This document shows, piece after piece, positions 40,261 through 57,636 of a stretch of 64,000 nucleotides of DNA. A program made the position numbers and the translations under genes. Source of the stretch: the human T2T-CHM13v2.0 reference genome, Homo sapiens; assembly GCF_009914755.1 (NCBI RefSeq), contig NC_060930.1; one strand, 5' to 3'. A model generated the notes under the pieces. It was not told the DNA's origin, ran no database searches, and saw nothing but the letters and a program-made list of their open reading frames with translations. Position 1 is the stretch's first letter, and the number at the start of each line of letters is the position of its first letter.

Positions 40261-41320
40261 GGGAATTCCAAAAGGAGAAGGGAGAAGGGGGCAGAGAGAA
40301 TATTTCAAGAAATAATGACTGAAAACTCCCCAAAGGATTGATAGAAGACATTGATATAATCATCCAATAAGCTTAACAACCTCCAAGTAAGATGAACTCA
40401 AAAAAGAAAACCCACACCAACACATATGATAATTATTTGAAAAACAAAGACAGAGTCTTAAAAACAGAGAAGCAACTCATCACACACAAAGGATTCTTAA
40501 TGAGATTATCTACATATTTCTCATCAGAAACTTTAAAGGTCGGGAGGTCAGTGGGTCAATTTATTCAAAGTGCAAAAAGAAAAAAAAAGTACCAGCCAAA
40601 ACCCCTATATATAGTAAGACTGTCCTTCAAAATTGGGGGAGAAATTAAGGCACTTGCAGATAAACAAAAGCTGAAGAAGTTTCTTACCACTAGATCTGTC
40701 CCATAAGAAATGCTTAGGGGAGCCCAGCAAGTTGAATTGAAAGGACACTAGACAGTAACTAGAAGGCATATATAGAAATAATAACCTTAATAAAAGTAAA
40801 TACATGAACAATTATAAAAGCAAGTAGTATTGTAATAATGGTTTATAACTTCACTTCATTTTCTATGTGATTTAAAAGATTAAAAAACAATTTTTAATCT
40901 AAAAGCTGTTACTATTGGTTCATAAATCCACTTTTTTATATATAATATAAGGGGCTAATGCATTTCAAATAAATATTAGTTTGGGGCACACAACATATAA
41001 AGATGTAATTTTGTGATATCCACCAGAGAAAGGGGTGGGGACAGAGCTTTTAAAGGAGTAGAGTTTTTGTATTTTGTTGAAGTTAAACTGGTATAAATTC
41101 AAGTTACGGTGTTCTATCTCTAGGATGTTAAATGTAATATCCACGGTAACCACAAAGAAAATAGCTATAGAATATTTACAAAAGTAAATGAGAAAGAAAT
41201 TTAAATGTTTTACTACAAAAAAACCCACTAAACACAAAATAAGCTAGTAATATGGGAAATGGAGACAAAAAAGCTGTAAGGCAAATAGGAAACAAATAGC
41301 AAAATGAGAAAAATAAGTCT
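40160..41320 (+). mobile_element. L1M ORF1 3' half, inter-ORF and ORF2 start, in opposite orientation to the adjacent L1MB
   Basis: gaagaaaaatgaacagagcctaagggacctgt; ORF 40392-40706 is ORF1-like (MRLSTYFSSETL…LSFKIGGEIK…DKQKLKKF); ends aaatagcaaaatgagaaaaataagtc. (TA)n at 40230-40260. Confidence 0.85.
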
Positions 41321-41399
41321 TTTTTTGCCCAAGCGTGTTTTTTTTTCTCGATCACATGTTTACCCTACACACAGCACAATCCAAGAGCAATCATCAAGT

Positions 41400-41625
41400 T
41401 CTACATCCTTTGGTAGGAAGAATTCAAAAATATGTTATACATGGTTCCTCAGAAGGTCACAAGTGGAAAATCTCAGAGGTCCTCAGTTACACACAGCCAT
41501 AAATGCAACCTTTAATAACTTTCTTCCTCTTTTACTTTTCCTACTCCCTTACTCTGCCTTCAGGAATAACTCGCCAATAAACTATTTGCCCTTATATCTT
41601 TGTCTCAGGAGCTCAGATTTGGACC
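41400..41625 (+). mobile_element. LTR16-like ERVL LTR fragment
   Basis: …ccaataaactatttgcccttatatctttgtctcagg 3' motif. Confidence 0.5.
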
Positions 41626-42049
41626 TTTAACAACCTCATACCGAAAGTAATTAAAAGATGATTGAGCAGAAGCCAGCAAAACTATAGAAATTAGAGTAAT
41701 AAGAGTGAAAAGTGATGAGAACCTGAAATAATACAGTGGCAGAAGAAATACAAGGAAGGGATTAATTTAAAGATATCAAGGAGGTAAGGAGCAGTGAGAA
41801 ATTGTGAAATATTGGAGTGAAATACTAACAAGGGAGGAAGAATCAAGGATAATTCTAGTTCTGTGGCTTAGGCAATTAGTTGGATGAGTAATGGGGGAAC
41901 CACAACAGGAACAGGTATGTGTATGTATATGTGTGCTTATTAGTGCAGACCACATAATGAATATTATTCAGATACCTGTGGAAACTTCACAAGGCAATCT
42001 TAAGTAGACTCTTGACCATCTAGTCTGATACTGGAAAAATTTCAGAGGT

Positions 42050-42372
42050 ATATATTAGGGAGCTGATGTCTCTGGGACCACCATTGACCAGTAGGAGATG
42101 GAAGTTGGTAGACAAATACTTTTAACTTTTGTCCCCTGGGTGGACAGTTGTTGTATTTCTCAAGACTTCTGAGAAGACTGCACATTAACAAGAAACAGTT
42201 GCTTGTTGTGGTGACCAATTTAAAATTATATCTTTGTACTTGTTTTTCCTTATTCTCTGTTTCATTCTTCTGTTTCTCATATCCTGTCTCTCTCTGGGCA
42301 TAATCCCAATAAACTATCTGTACAAAATCCTTCATTTCAAGCTCTGCTTTTGGGAGAATCCAGGTTAAGACA
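42050..42372 (+). mobile_element. LTR16-like ERVL LTR 3' part, within decayed antisense L2
   Basis: cattgaccagtaggagatggaagttggtagacaaatact…aataaactatctgtacaaaatcc…ctctgcttttgggagaatccaggttaagaca. Confidence 0.7.
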
Positions 42373-42498
42373 AAGAATAAGTTAATGCAGAGATGGAATT
42401 GGAAGTATAGATGGGATAATTAGCTTGGAGCAGGAGCAGAGATGTCTTTCAATACATAGGTGAAAATAATGGGTGTAGCCATAGGTGATTTTTGTAAG

Positions 42499-43199
<701 letters not shown>

Positions 43200-43204
43200 G
43201 TAAG

Positions 43205-44010
43205 GGATAAAATACTTTTTGTTTCTGCCTAAATATTTTTGGCAAAATAGAATGCAATTTCACCTGCTGAGGTTAAGGGAGGATGTGGCTGTGTAAACAT
43301 TTTCTGAGAAATGTGAAAATTTGGAACAGCAACTGAGGGGAATGGAGTAGGTACTACCTAAAGATGTGTAGAGGGTTGCCCAGGAGGATTTTAAGACCTA
43401 GCTATGATTTATTTATTATTATTATTTTTTGTAGCGTCAATTCTCCCTAGTAGGTTCTTTTCTCCAGAAGAAACTTTAATCACTAGAAAGTAGTCTTCTC
43501 TGGGGATTACAAGGTTGGTATGGTGGGTAGAATGGAGAATAGGGTTATGAAGCTTAAAGAGCTGGGTCTTGGAGGAAAGCTGCATAGCGAAGGGAATGAA
43601 CATAGAACTACATTGATAGATTTGTAACAAATGATATAGCTCTGATGTGGCTGTTGTGTAGAATGACTAAGAAAGAGAAGAGGCTATATAGAGACAAGTG
43701 TATCTCTGTGAAAAATTTCAGGAGTGTAGCAGATATGAGTTGTGATAAGTTCCAGGGTGTGGCTGTGTAAGTGGATTTGGGGAAGGTCATTGGACAAAAA
43801 GATAGGCGGCTGAATAAGCCTTGATCATAGACTTTGACATCACCCAAAACACTTGTGAAACTAGAGATGGAATAGACGACTCTAGGCCATATGTATACCT
43901 TAAGCCCCTGTGGTTGGCAGATGATAGTGCAAAAAAAGGAGGAAACAATAGTGATTCTACCAGACAAGAACCACAAAGGGGGTTTGGAAATGGTAATGAG
44001 GGGCAAGAAA
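43205..44010 (-). mobile_element. Decayed L2
   Basis: Purine-rich antisense L2-like text (ggtgtggctgtgtaagtgg…aaggtcattgga…acatcacccaaaa). Confidence 0.45.
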
Positions 44011-45169
44011 ATAACTGAATTTCCTCTTTATTGGTTTCTGGTATCCACAGAGCTTGGACGATAGGAAAGGTACAGTTAAGACTGATTTTGAATATAGGGG
44101 GCTGGTATTATTTCTAACTTTAGGATTGTTATGAAGACTCAGTATATGTGAAAACATTTTGCCAGCAGTGGATTACTACTCTTACATAAGTTAATAAAAT
44201 ATAGAGAGGAAGCAATTGAAAAAACAAGGTCAAAAAGGATACTGGATGACATCAAGGGATATAAATAGAAGTTGAGAGCAGCATTGTAAAGAAAGATGAC
44301 TATTTTCTCTGGGACTGGAGGGTAATTTGAGAATGTAAGAGTAGAAATGGAGACATTGCTATCCTCATCTATTCTAGAGCACATTCAGGTTCGTTATGTG
44401 GAATTTGAACATATCTGCCAAAGTGACTGGGTTATGAAATCATTAATTCAGGAGACTGGCTTAGATTTTAAAGCCATTTTGTTTTTGAATTTATCTTTAA
44501 TATCATATTTCTACTTTCAGAGGTAATGAAATAGCTTTGTTGTGTAGCAGCCCAGATATTTAGGAAACATTTAGGCATACTTTCTAGTTATTCATCATTA
44601 TCCAAGTCCTGGGTGAGTTTTGTAGCAGGTGATCATTAAATGCTAGTAGGACGTTAACAATAAGATGGAAACCTGTGCTTGTGGAGGTTGCTGCAAGGCA
44701 GGACAGAACTGATCTTTTCCAAAACTGTTAGCTTGACTCATTGCATCCTCCTCTTCACCTTGTTTGCAACTGTAAAAATACAAATAAATGGAGAAACTCT
44801 GGAAAGAATATTAAATGATTCAGAACAATTATGTCTCTGTATTTCTTGATATTTCAAATAAAGGTAAAAACATTTTTAATGTTTCAAAATGATTTTAAAC
44901 TCAAAATATTGCCTACTTTATACATTATTTCTATCATCAAAATATGAATTATGGGATTGGGCAAACACATTTTCTTCAGAGACTGTCTTTCAAAAATTTT
45001 AATTTTAAGTGATGTCTTGCTTTATTCTTTTCAACAGAGTGAAGGGGAGATCCACTAAAGAGAATATAAGGCCCATTTGTCACTTGTGTAAATGCCCTGT
45101 TTTGATATAGACTGAAAAAGGTGCAGCGTGTGTAAATTCAACTTTACAGAGAAGAATTCAAGCTGAAAT

Positions 45170-45425
45170 GTAACAGTGACTCAGTACAGTTCATTACATA
45201 TGGTGTAACTAGTTGGCACCATTGGTTAAGTCCAGGAACAAGTGAAGCCTGGGATTGCATGATTTGTAACCTAGGACAAATCATCTAATCTGTTAGTGCT
45301 GGGGTTTCCTCATCTATAAAATACAACACTGTAAAACTCATAGAACTGTGATAAGGTTAAGGATAAGCTGAGAGAGAAAACAGAAGTCATCAAAAACAGT
45401 ACCTACCACATATAAGTATTAACTT
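45170..45425 (+). mobile_element. MIR
   Basis: gtaacctaggacaaatcatctaatc…gtttcctcatctataaaat. Confidence 0.65.
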
Positions 45426-45595
45426 TAATGTCCACTCGGCTCTCTTACGTCTGGTGAGATATATTCAAAACTATTTTTACTTTACTTAATGCTCAATGTT
45501 TTAGTATTATATAGCTATTAAATAATATTCTTTTGATGCTTAAATTCAGAAAAAAATATTAAAAGTTGTAAAAAGCAAAATTATCCAGTTATTTA

Positions 45596-47734
<2,139 letters not shown>

Positions 47735-47796
47735 TATGATGCCAGCTGGTTATTTTACTCGTTAGTTGATGCAGTTTCTTCCTAGCCTCGATGGTC

Positions 47797-50330
<2,534 letters not shown>

Positions 50331-50427
50331 AAAACCAAACACTGCATGTTCTCATTCATAGGTAGGAATTGAATAATGAGAACACTTGGACACAGGAAGG
50401 GGAACATCACACACTGGGGCCTGTTGT

Positions 50428-50449
50428 GGGGTGGGGGGAGGGGGGAGGG
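50428..50449 (+). other. G-quadruplex-capable G-tract of the L1 3' UTR
   Basis: GGGG-T-GGGGGG-A-GGGGGG-A-GGG; a known feature of primate L1 3' UTRs. Confidence 0.8.
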
Positions 50450-53400
50450 ATAGCATTAGGAGATATACCTAATGTAAATGACGAGTTAATGGGTGCAGCA
50501 CACCAACATGGCACATGTATACATATGTAAAAAAAAAAAAAAACTATCTGAAACTTGAAAATGAAGTAAAAGGGTGAGTACCATGTCCTTTAAAAAAAAT
50601 TGATTAACGCTTAATTAGATTTCTGAAACATGTAATTAAAATCATAAGTATATTATATCACATTTAAGACTTTCAGTCACTTAAATAAAGCAGGAAAACA
50701 CTTGAAATTATCTCAAAATTTTAAAAGATTTATACCTAACCCAGTTACAAAATTATCAATACAGTGGATGTAGCCTTGTTTTCATTATATATGTTATTAT
50801 TCTCATTCTTGTTAACATGTTTACTCTTAAATTTCTTCTTGGGTCTTCTTGGGGTTACAATAAAGTCATCAGTCATATTGTTTATTTCCTAAGGATATAG
50901 CCATCTTCCAAGCCAAAAATAAAAGATTATTGTCTCATTGAAGCTGAAGTTGCAAGTTCTGGATGATCAATTGATTCTTTGTTGGCATATGGACTTAGTT
51001 GTATTTCCAAACCTTGGCAGTAATGCTCCAGGCTGGACATCATTTACTTTCTCATCTTTACTTGCTACATCCACAGAACTCCCTGAGCCCAAACATTTCC
51101 ACTGAGCTTTAGCTTTGTAGATCCTGTTCCCTTTCCCAAAATTGTTTAGAGAAATTTTACTCGATCATTATTACATCCCCACTGTTTGGTCCTCTTCTAT
51201 TAATCCTAAGTGTTAGCATAACGGAAAATTAATGCTTAACCTATTAATATGTCATTATAAATAATTTAACCAGGAGACAAAGGATTGAGTCTGCATAATT
51301 ACTACTCCTCTTAAGAACATTTTTAAGCCATTATTTGGGAACACATTGTTAACTCCTTTTTGTTTGGTCTTTGTGTGTACAATGACACATTCTTCATACA
51401 GTTCCTACATTTCTCAGGAGTATTTAGCATAGTGTCCTGTTATCATTTATTTATTCAATTGGTAGAGAAAGTTTTCTTCTTGATGAGTGAAAATGTACTT
51501 AATAGTAGAAACAGAATACTCAAATACTCCCATACTAATAAAAATCAATGAATCTAATTATATATTATTTGAGCTGCCATTCTTTTGCATTATAAATAAC
51601 TGTTTAAGTGCCTTATATTTATTTTCCTATTTTAGACTTGTGAATTTTCATAGATTTAACTGGTTCTATTTAATTAGGTTTTTCATTGTGGCTGGACATT
51701 TGACAATCTGATATAGCTCCTTTACAATTTGAGCAATACCCCCAAAACCCATGAAATAATTCTTGCTTTTTCTCAAGCTAGTTTAGCCTGCCTTGAATGT
51801 TCCTTGCTATGAGATACAAAATAAGCTTCTTTCCTTGTTCTCCTCTTTTAGAGGTGTTAGGGTGCACATAAGATGGTCTTAGTCATATTGCTGGTAGCCA
51901 AAATGATGCTGTGCCAGGGTACGTTAGTGAGAGAGGTGCAAAAGAGATTTTTTTTCTAAAATCATGAATGCACAATGTTTCTAACTTAGTAGTGATCTCC
52001 CTGTATCTCTCATTGTTCCAATATGTATTTTATTTGCATTTTTTAACAAAATACCTATTTAACTGATTAACTCCTCAAACAAGCTTTTATTACATTTCCT
52101 TTTTATACTCCTTTGAGGCCTCATTGACAATTATTTTTGGTTATTGTATTTGCTGCTGAAATTCCATCTTTTATAATTTTGTGTTTTCTGTACCAGGTTC
52201 CATTTTCTATTACTTTTATTAGAGAATCAAGGTATTTCAATGAGATCTTATAAAATATGAAAATATATTGTTAATTTGTCCCAAATTGCTGTGTATATGA
52301 AGGTATTCTTTTACAAGTGCTTTCCCCAAAATGATTGAAATTTCTTTTATACTATGCATGTATTTTATAGATGAAAGGACTTTCATTATCCACATATTAT
52401 TTTTGATTGAATAACTATGTCTTTTGTTAAACTAGATTTCATATAGTATTAGCAGAATATTGTACATCTGTGAGTGAATGAATAAAACATGTACCTGCTC
52501 TACACTCTAATTTACCAGAAATTTGGAACAATTTGGGATTGAAATTGTGTAATTGGTTTGGCTTCAGCAAAAACACGTTTTAGACATGAAAGAACAGAGC
52601 TCACCAAGAGTAATAACAAGCTCACGATGGGCCTATCAGTTGGACAGACGGTGATAATTCTGGTTAAGTGTCCTCTTCTGGACTGCCTGGAAGCACAACA
52701 GGTATAATACTTAAAACTAGAATGAAACACAAAATCTCAGAACTATGTGGATGTTGAAAATAACAGAGTAAGACTCTACAATAACATCGAACCTAATTCA
52801 TAGATAAATTTTAAATATTATTCTCAATGACAAATGATTGTTTTGAAATCATAATTGAAAATTTGATTTGATCTGATTTGAAATCATGATTTGAAAATTC
52901 AGTAAGAGTGGTTATATTTGTGAATATAACTGCCTAGCGTTTTATTTGTAATCTTTTGAGTTTAAATGTCTTTCTGAATCTGAAAACCTAAAATGAGAAA
53001 ATCCTGACATTGGTCCTTATTTTATTCACTGAGAAACATTTAATGGAATTTTATTTTGCTTTGAAATATGATGTTTTATTAGGCCCTGTATCTGACAGGA
53101 TAACTTCCTGTTCTCTCTTTCCTTCCTCTCACTTCCTCTCCCTTGTTCCTTAAAATAGGAAGACCTATCACTGGGGAGAATGAAATACCTTCTACCTTCA
53201 TTTATGATGTAGAGAACTGTTGCTAGCACTACTAATAACTCAGTGGTTGTAATGAGAATGTCTACAATTGAAGAGAGAAACTAGCAGCTCTGCACATAGT
53301 CCAGCCATAACAGTAGCAAGAATGCAGAAGTCTCCTTAGACAAAGTGTAAGTTGTATAATCGATATTGACTATTTGAGTTTGCTTTGCCAACATTTTAGT

Positions 53401-53928
53401 AATTTTTCTGATATAGTTACTTGTAGCAAAAAAAATTATATTCTACCATATTTTTTTCATCACACAGCTATTCAATAAGAGCGAATAACTACAAGAATGA
53501 GTGATTTGTATTGAGATGAATTCATCTACATCATATAAAGAGCCATGCTTTTTCTCAGTAACACAAAGCATATAGTTCCACTTTTGGTTTGGGTTTTTTA
53601 AAGAAACAATTCTTTCTTTTTTCTTTGAGCAGCCAGTGTGCTGAGACTAAGTGGCTTTTCTCACCTCTCCTGCACCGCCTCTCTTGCAGCATGGTAATCA
53701 GTCACTTTGCAGTTGTTTGTGAAAAGAAATCTGTGCTTTTCCCTACAGATTATGAGAAGACACTATGCTTTTTTAGACTATTTGAGCCAATATGCATTTT
53801 CCATGACTTTCTGAGAAGTCCTAAATAAGGAGGGAGAAAAGGGAACATATTTCATTGTAATTAATTTTCAGTTAGCTGGGGTGAGAAAATCGGTCCTAAT
53901 TAACACATTCAGCTGAGTAGGGAGTAGG

Positions 53929-54114
53929 CTGTGGTTTTCAAATGTTAGTGTGCATCAGAATCACCCGGAGGGCTGTTAAAATACAGACAGCTGGGCCATC
54001 TCTGGAATTTCTGATTCAGTCGTTCTAGGGTGAGGCTCAAGAATTTGCATTTGTATTAAGTACCAGGTGATTCTGATTGTGCTGGTCTGGAGACCCACAC
54101 TTTAGGAACCACTG
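53929..54114. mobile_element. MER5A, full length
   Basis: Terminal inverted repeats ctgtggttttcaaa / ttaggaaccactg; internal gcatcagaatcacccggaggg…aagaatttgcattt. Confidence 0.92.
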
Positions 54115-54199
54115 CATTAAAAATACATGCTCTGTGAATCCACGGGATTGTTAGGTTGTGGCCCTCACAGAGGAGTAACTTTCTCTCATCACTCCTCCT

Positions 54200-54520
54200 C
54201 TCACCTAGTATGCTGCATTGAACACGATAAATTCTCACCAAATCAATATTTACTAAACATGTAACTCAGGTGGCCCCTAGATTCCTATCAAATTCCAATT
54301 TCCCCCATTTTGCCTCTTGTATTAATCTGTTTTATTTTCTTCATATAATTTATCAATATATAAAATTATTTTCTCATTATTTGCTTATCTTTTATTATTT
54401 GTCCCCCACTCACACACTTACACTAGTATTTAAAATATGCATCTATATTGTTTAATATTGTACTCCAGTGCCAAATAGTAGGTATTAAACAAATGCCTGG
54501 GGAATAAATGAATGAACTGT
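54200..54520 (+). mobile_element. L2 3' end, decayed
   Basis: ttgtactccagtgcc…agtaggtattaaacaaatgcc…gaataaatgaatgaa. Confidence 0.55.
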
Positions 54521-56042
54521 GAAATCTCTTTAACAACTGTCCATTCATTCATTCATTTATGGATATTTATAAAATGCATTCATTTCCAAAATATCAATCG
54601 GACAGTGGTTGCAGCTCATGTTGTTTTGACTTACAAAAAAATCAAGTCAGCTTTAACCAAAATTGAAAAGTACTTAATAGCAAATAGCTCAATCATGTTT
54701 AAAATAATGCAAAGATGGGGTTATGGTAAATATGCAAATATTTATTATTTGCATTCCCTATCCTTTTCCCTACCTTATAGAAACTTAATGTCCTTCTCTC
54801 CCTTCTAGTCATCTTCCTCGCTACTCCCCGACCTCTGCCCATATTAATTCCATTCTTGATTTCTTCATTCTCACTGGGATATAAAGCAGCTGATTGCAGA
54901 TTGCTATGTTAACTTTTCCAGCAATGCCTGGATTTTAAAATCAAGGTTTAATCATTCTTAATATAAAGTTAACATATGTGTTCATGAAGAAATCAAATGT
55001 AAAAAAAAATTGATTAAAAGAAAGAAAAAAGTCACTTCTTTGTACAACCAGAGTTGACTACTGTTAACACTTTGATACCTTTTCTATCAAATCTCTTGTG
55101 ACGCATTTTCTACCTAACGATGATAAAATAGTATCTATAAAATTATACCATTTATACGGCCTTTCAACTGAACATAAATGCAATGATAATCACAGAGTAT
55201 AAACATTCAATAATTCGTAAAGGGGAAAAACATGAATAATTTTGTCATTTAGCAGTAACACTAACATTTTGGTGAATTTCCTTGCAAAGTCTTGTTGATG
55301 ACACATACACATAGAATCTGTCACAGTGTAATTTATAAGTCTTCCTGAGTTAAAATGAAAATAACTTTGTGTTTGAAGTCATTCAAAGATAATGAAAATT
55401 ATCACTTAAATTTTTAGGTAATGAAAATTGCCATTGCAGAGCTCTATCCATCTCTTCTTAATGTGGAGGAAGAAGAAAGAGAAACAGAGATTTTATTCCC
55501 TCCAGTAATGTTACAATATCAAAAATAGTTTGAATTTGGAACTATATACAACCAATTATTGTTTTAATTGGTTGCCATGGTTGGCAATATATTGCATTTG
55601 AAACATAAAGTTTGTATAATGAGAAATTATTGGTTGCAAAAGAAGTTGCAGGAAAAGATAAAATACTGAGAAAAGTACTTTAGGTCATATTTTGGGAAGC
55701 CATAAAATGTACCTTACAACATGCAGTTCAACAGGGTTTCTGAAGTTAAAAAATTAAAAACATAAAAAAGAAGTCTTTTTTTATTTTTAGGTTCTGATTT
55801 TTTAGTCATTTATTTTTAATTTTCTTTTTCATTTAAAGAGAAATCGTGGTAACCTTCCTGAGCCATTACATATTTGAGAGTTTCTTTCAGTAGCCTTGAT
55901 ACATTAAAGAAAATCAAGCTCATTATAAATTCCTTAAAACACCACCATCTCTTTTCATAGTCTATAGATAGTGTTCCACAGTTGTTGGGTTCCTGTTGCA
56001 GTTGAAAAGACTGAGAAAAGCCCGTCTTTATTATTTGCTGAT

Positions 56043-56177
56043 CTTTCTCTTCTTTCTTTCTCTCTCTCTCCCTCCTTCCCTCCCTCCCTCCCTCCTCCCT
56101 TCCTTCCTTCCTTCCTTCCTTCCTTCCTTCCTTCCTTCCTTCCTTCCTTCCTTCCTTCTGTCTCTCTCTCTCTCTCT
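56043..56177. repeat. Polypyrimidine compound repeat (CT)n-(CCCT)n-(CTTC)n-(CT)n
   Basis: Directly visible; about 135 bp with one purine interruption. Confidence 0.97.
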
Positions 56178-56249
56178 AGCGCTTTCAGTCTGAATAACCA
56201 GATGATTTTTCAACTCTGGAAAGTTTTCTTAACTGTATATTTACTTATA

Positions 56250-57615
56250 GTTTGTATTCTATTTTTTTCTGATCTCTTACTGAGTAGCAATCACTACATA
56301 CCAAGCACTGTTCTGGCTGTTGGAGATTAAGAGATGCCACAGTGAGTGAGACAGAAAGGGTCTCATTTTCATGGATCTTAAATTTTAGCAGGGAGAGATT
56401 AATAATAAACAAGTAAAAGAAAAAAAAAGGTAAGTTGATAGAAAGCACTGGTGAGAGAAGAGAGGGAGCTGGTCAATTTTAAATAGAATAAGAAAGGACT
56501 TCTCTGAAGAGATAACATTTGTTTGGAGACCTGGGGACTGTTCAGATAAATGAGAAACAGAATGTTGACAGCATAGCGAATGTGGCAAAAAGTGGTAGGA
56601 GCTAAAATCAAAGAGGTAGGATTGAAAAGTTTTACAAAATGAAAAAGATATGATTTGGTCTACATTTTCAAAATATTTTCCCTTGTTATTATTTCACAAA
56701 TGATTATAAGAGGTAAGAGTAGAAGCAGGAAATCCAGTTAAGGATCTCATACAGCACTTCAGGTGAGAGCCAATGGTAGCTTGAACAAGGGTGGTGATAG
56801 GCAGAGAGAGGGCAGTGAATGGATTTAGGACATATTTTGGAGGTTGAATTGACAATACTTGCTGAGAGATTGATTATGATGGTTGAGGAAAGAACTTTTA
56901 AAAAATGCTTCTGGTTGTTTATTTGTAGAAAGGCATGGGTAATAGAGACTAGCAGAAGTAAAAGTTTGGGTAGATGGAGAAAGAAGAGTTCTGGAATCTA
57001 GGTAAGAGATGGAGCAGAGTGATGAGAGAAGATGAAAGTATGACCAATATTGAAAATGTAGTTGGGTTAATGGATTAAAACTCTCAGGGCCCTTGAGGGA
57101 ATGATGGTATGGGGATTCCAGGTTAGGTGAACTGGAAGATATAGAGGTGATCATTAGAAGAAAGGATACTTGTTATTGTGAGTTCGAAGGTGGGCCACTT
57201 GCTACTAAAACAAAATCAAGGGTATAACCATGTGCTTGACTACTGTGGGATAAAAGAAATGATCACTGGATTTTGGAAGGTCAAAGAACTGAGAGGCCAG
57301 AGGAATTATCCAAATGAGAATTGATGCCATCAGGAATGGTTGTGAAAGTACAGGTAAAGAAGAAGACATTGTGTCTTTTGCAAAAGAAATATGGATGACA
57401 TATAAGTGAGGGTGGGAAATGGCAGAGTCTCAGAGCCTGACTTTCATAGAGATTGAGATTTGTGGGGGGGACAAAAAGAACAAAAATGGTTTGAAAATAG
57501 CAAAGAGGAACAAAGAGAACCTTGACCCATCTTTACAAACTGGTTCACATGGTGAATAAAATAAAAAGCAGCTTTGACATAAGAAAGTTGTAAAGAAAGT
57601 GTCACCCTTGGGGAA
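56250..57615 (-). mobile_element. Long L2 fragment; resumes at ~58920-59030 after the L1
   Basis: tactgagtagcaatcactacataccaagcactgttctgg…ggtgagagccaatggtagcttgaacaagggtgg…atattttggaggttgaattgacaatacttgctga. Confidence 0.8.
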
Positions 57616-57636
57616 AAAAATCAAAAACAAACAAAC

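Noticed and set aside
52519-52701. Protein-coding exon between taccag| and CAG|gtataa
   Set aside because: All three frames contain stops, the donor is weak and no peptide is recognisable.
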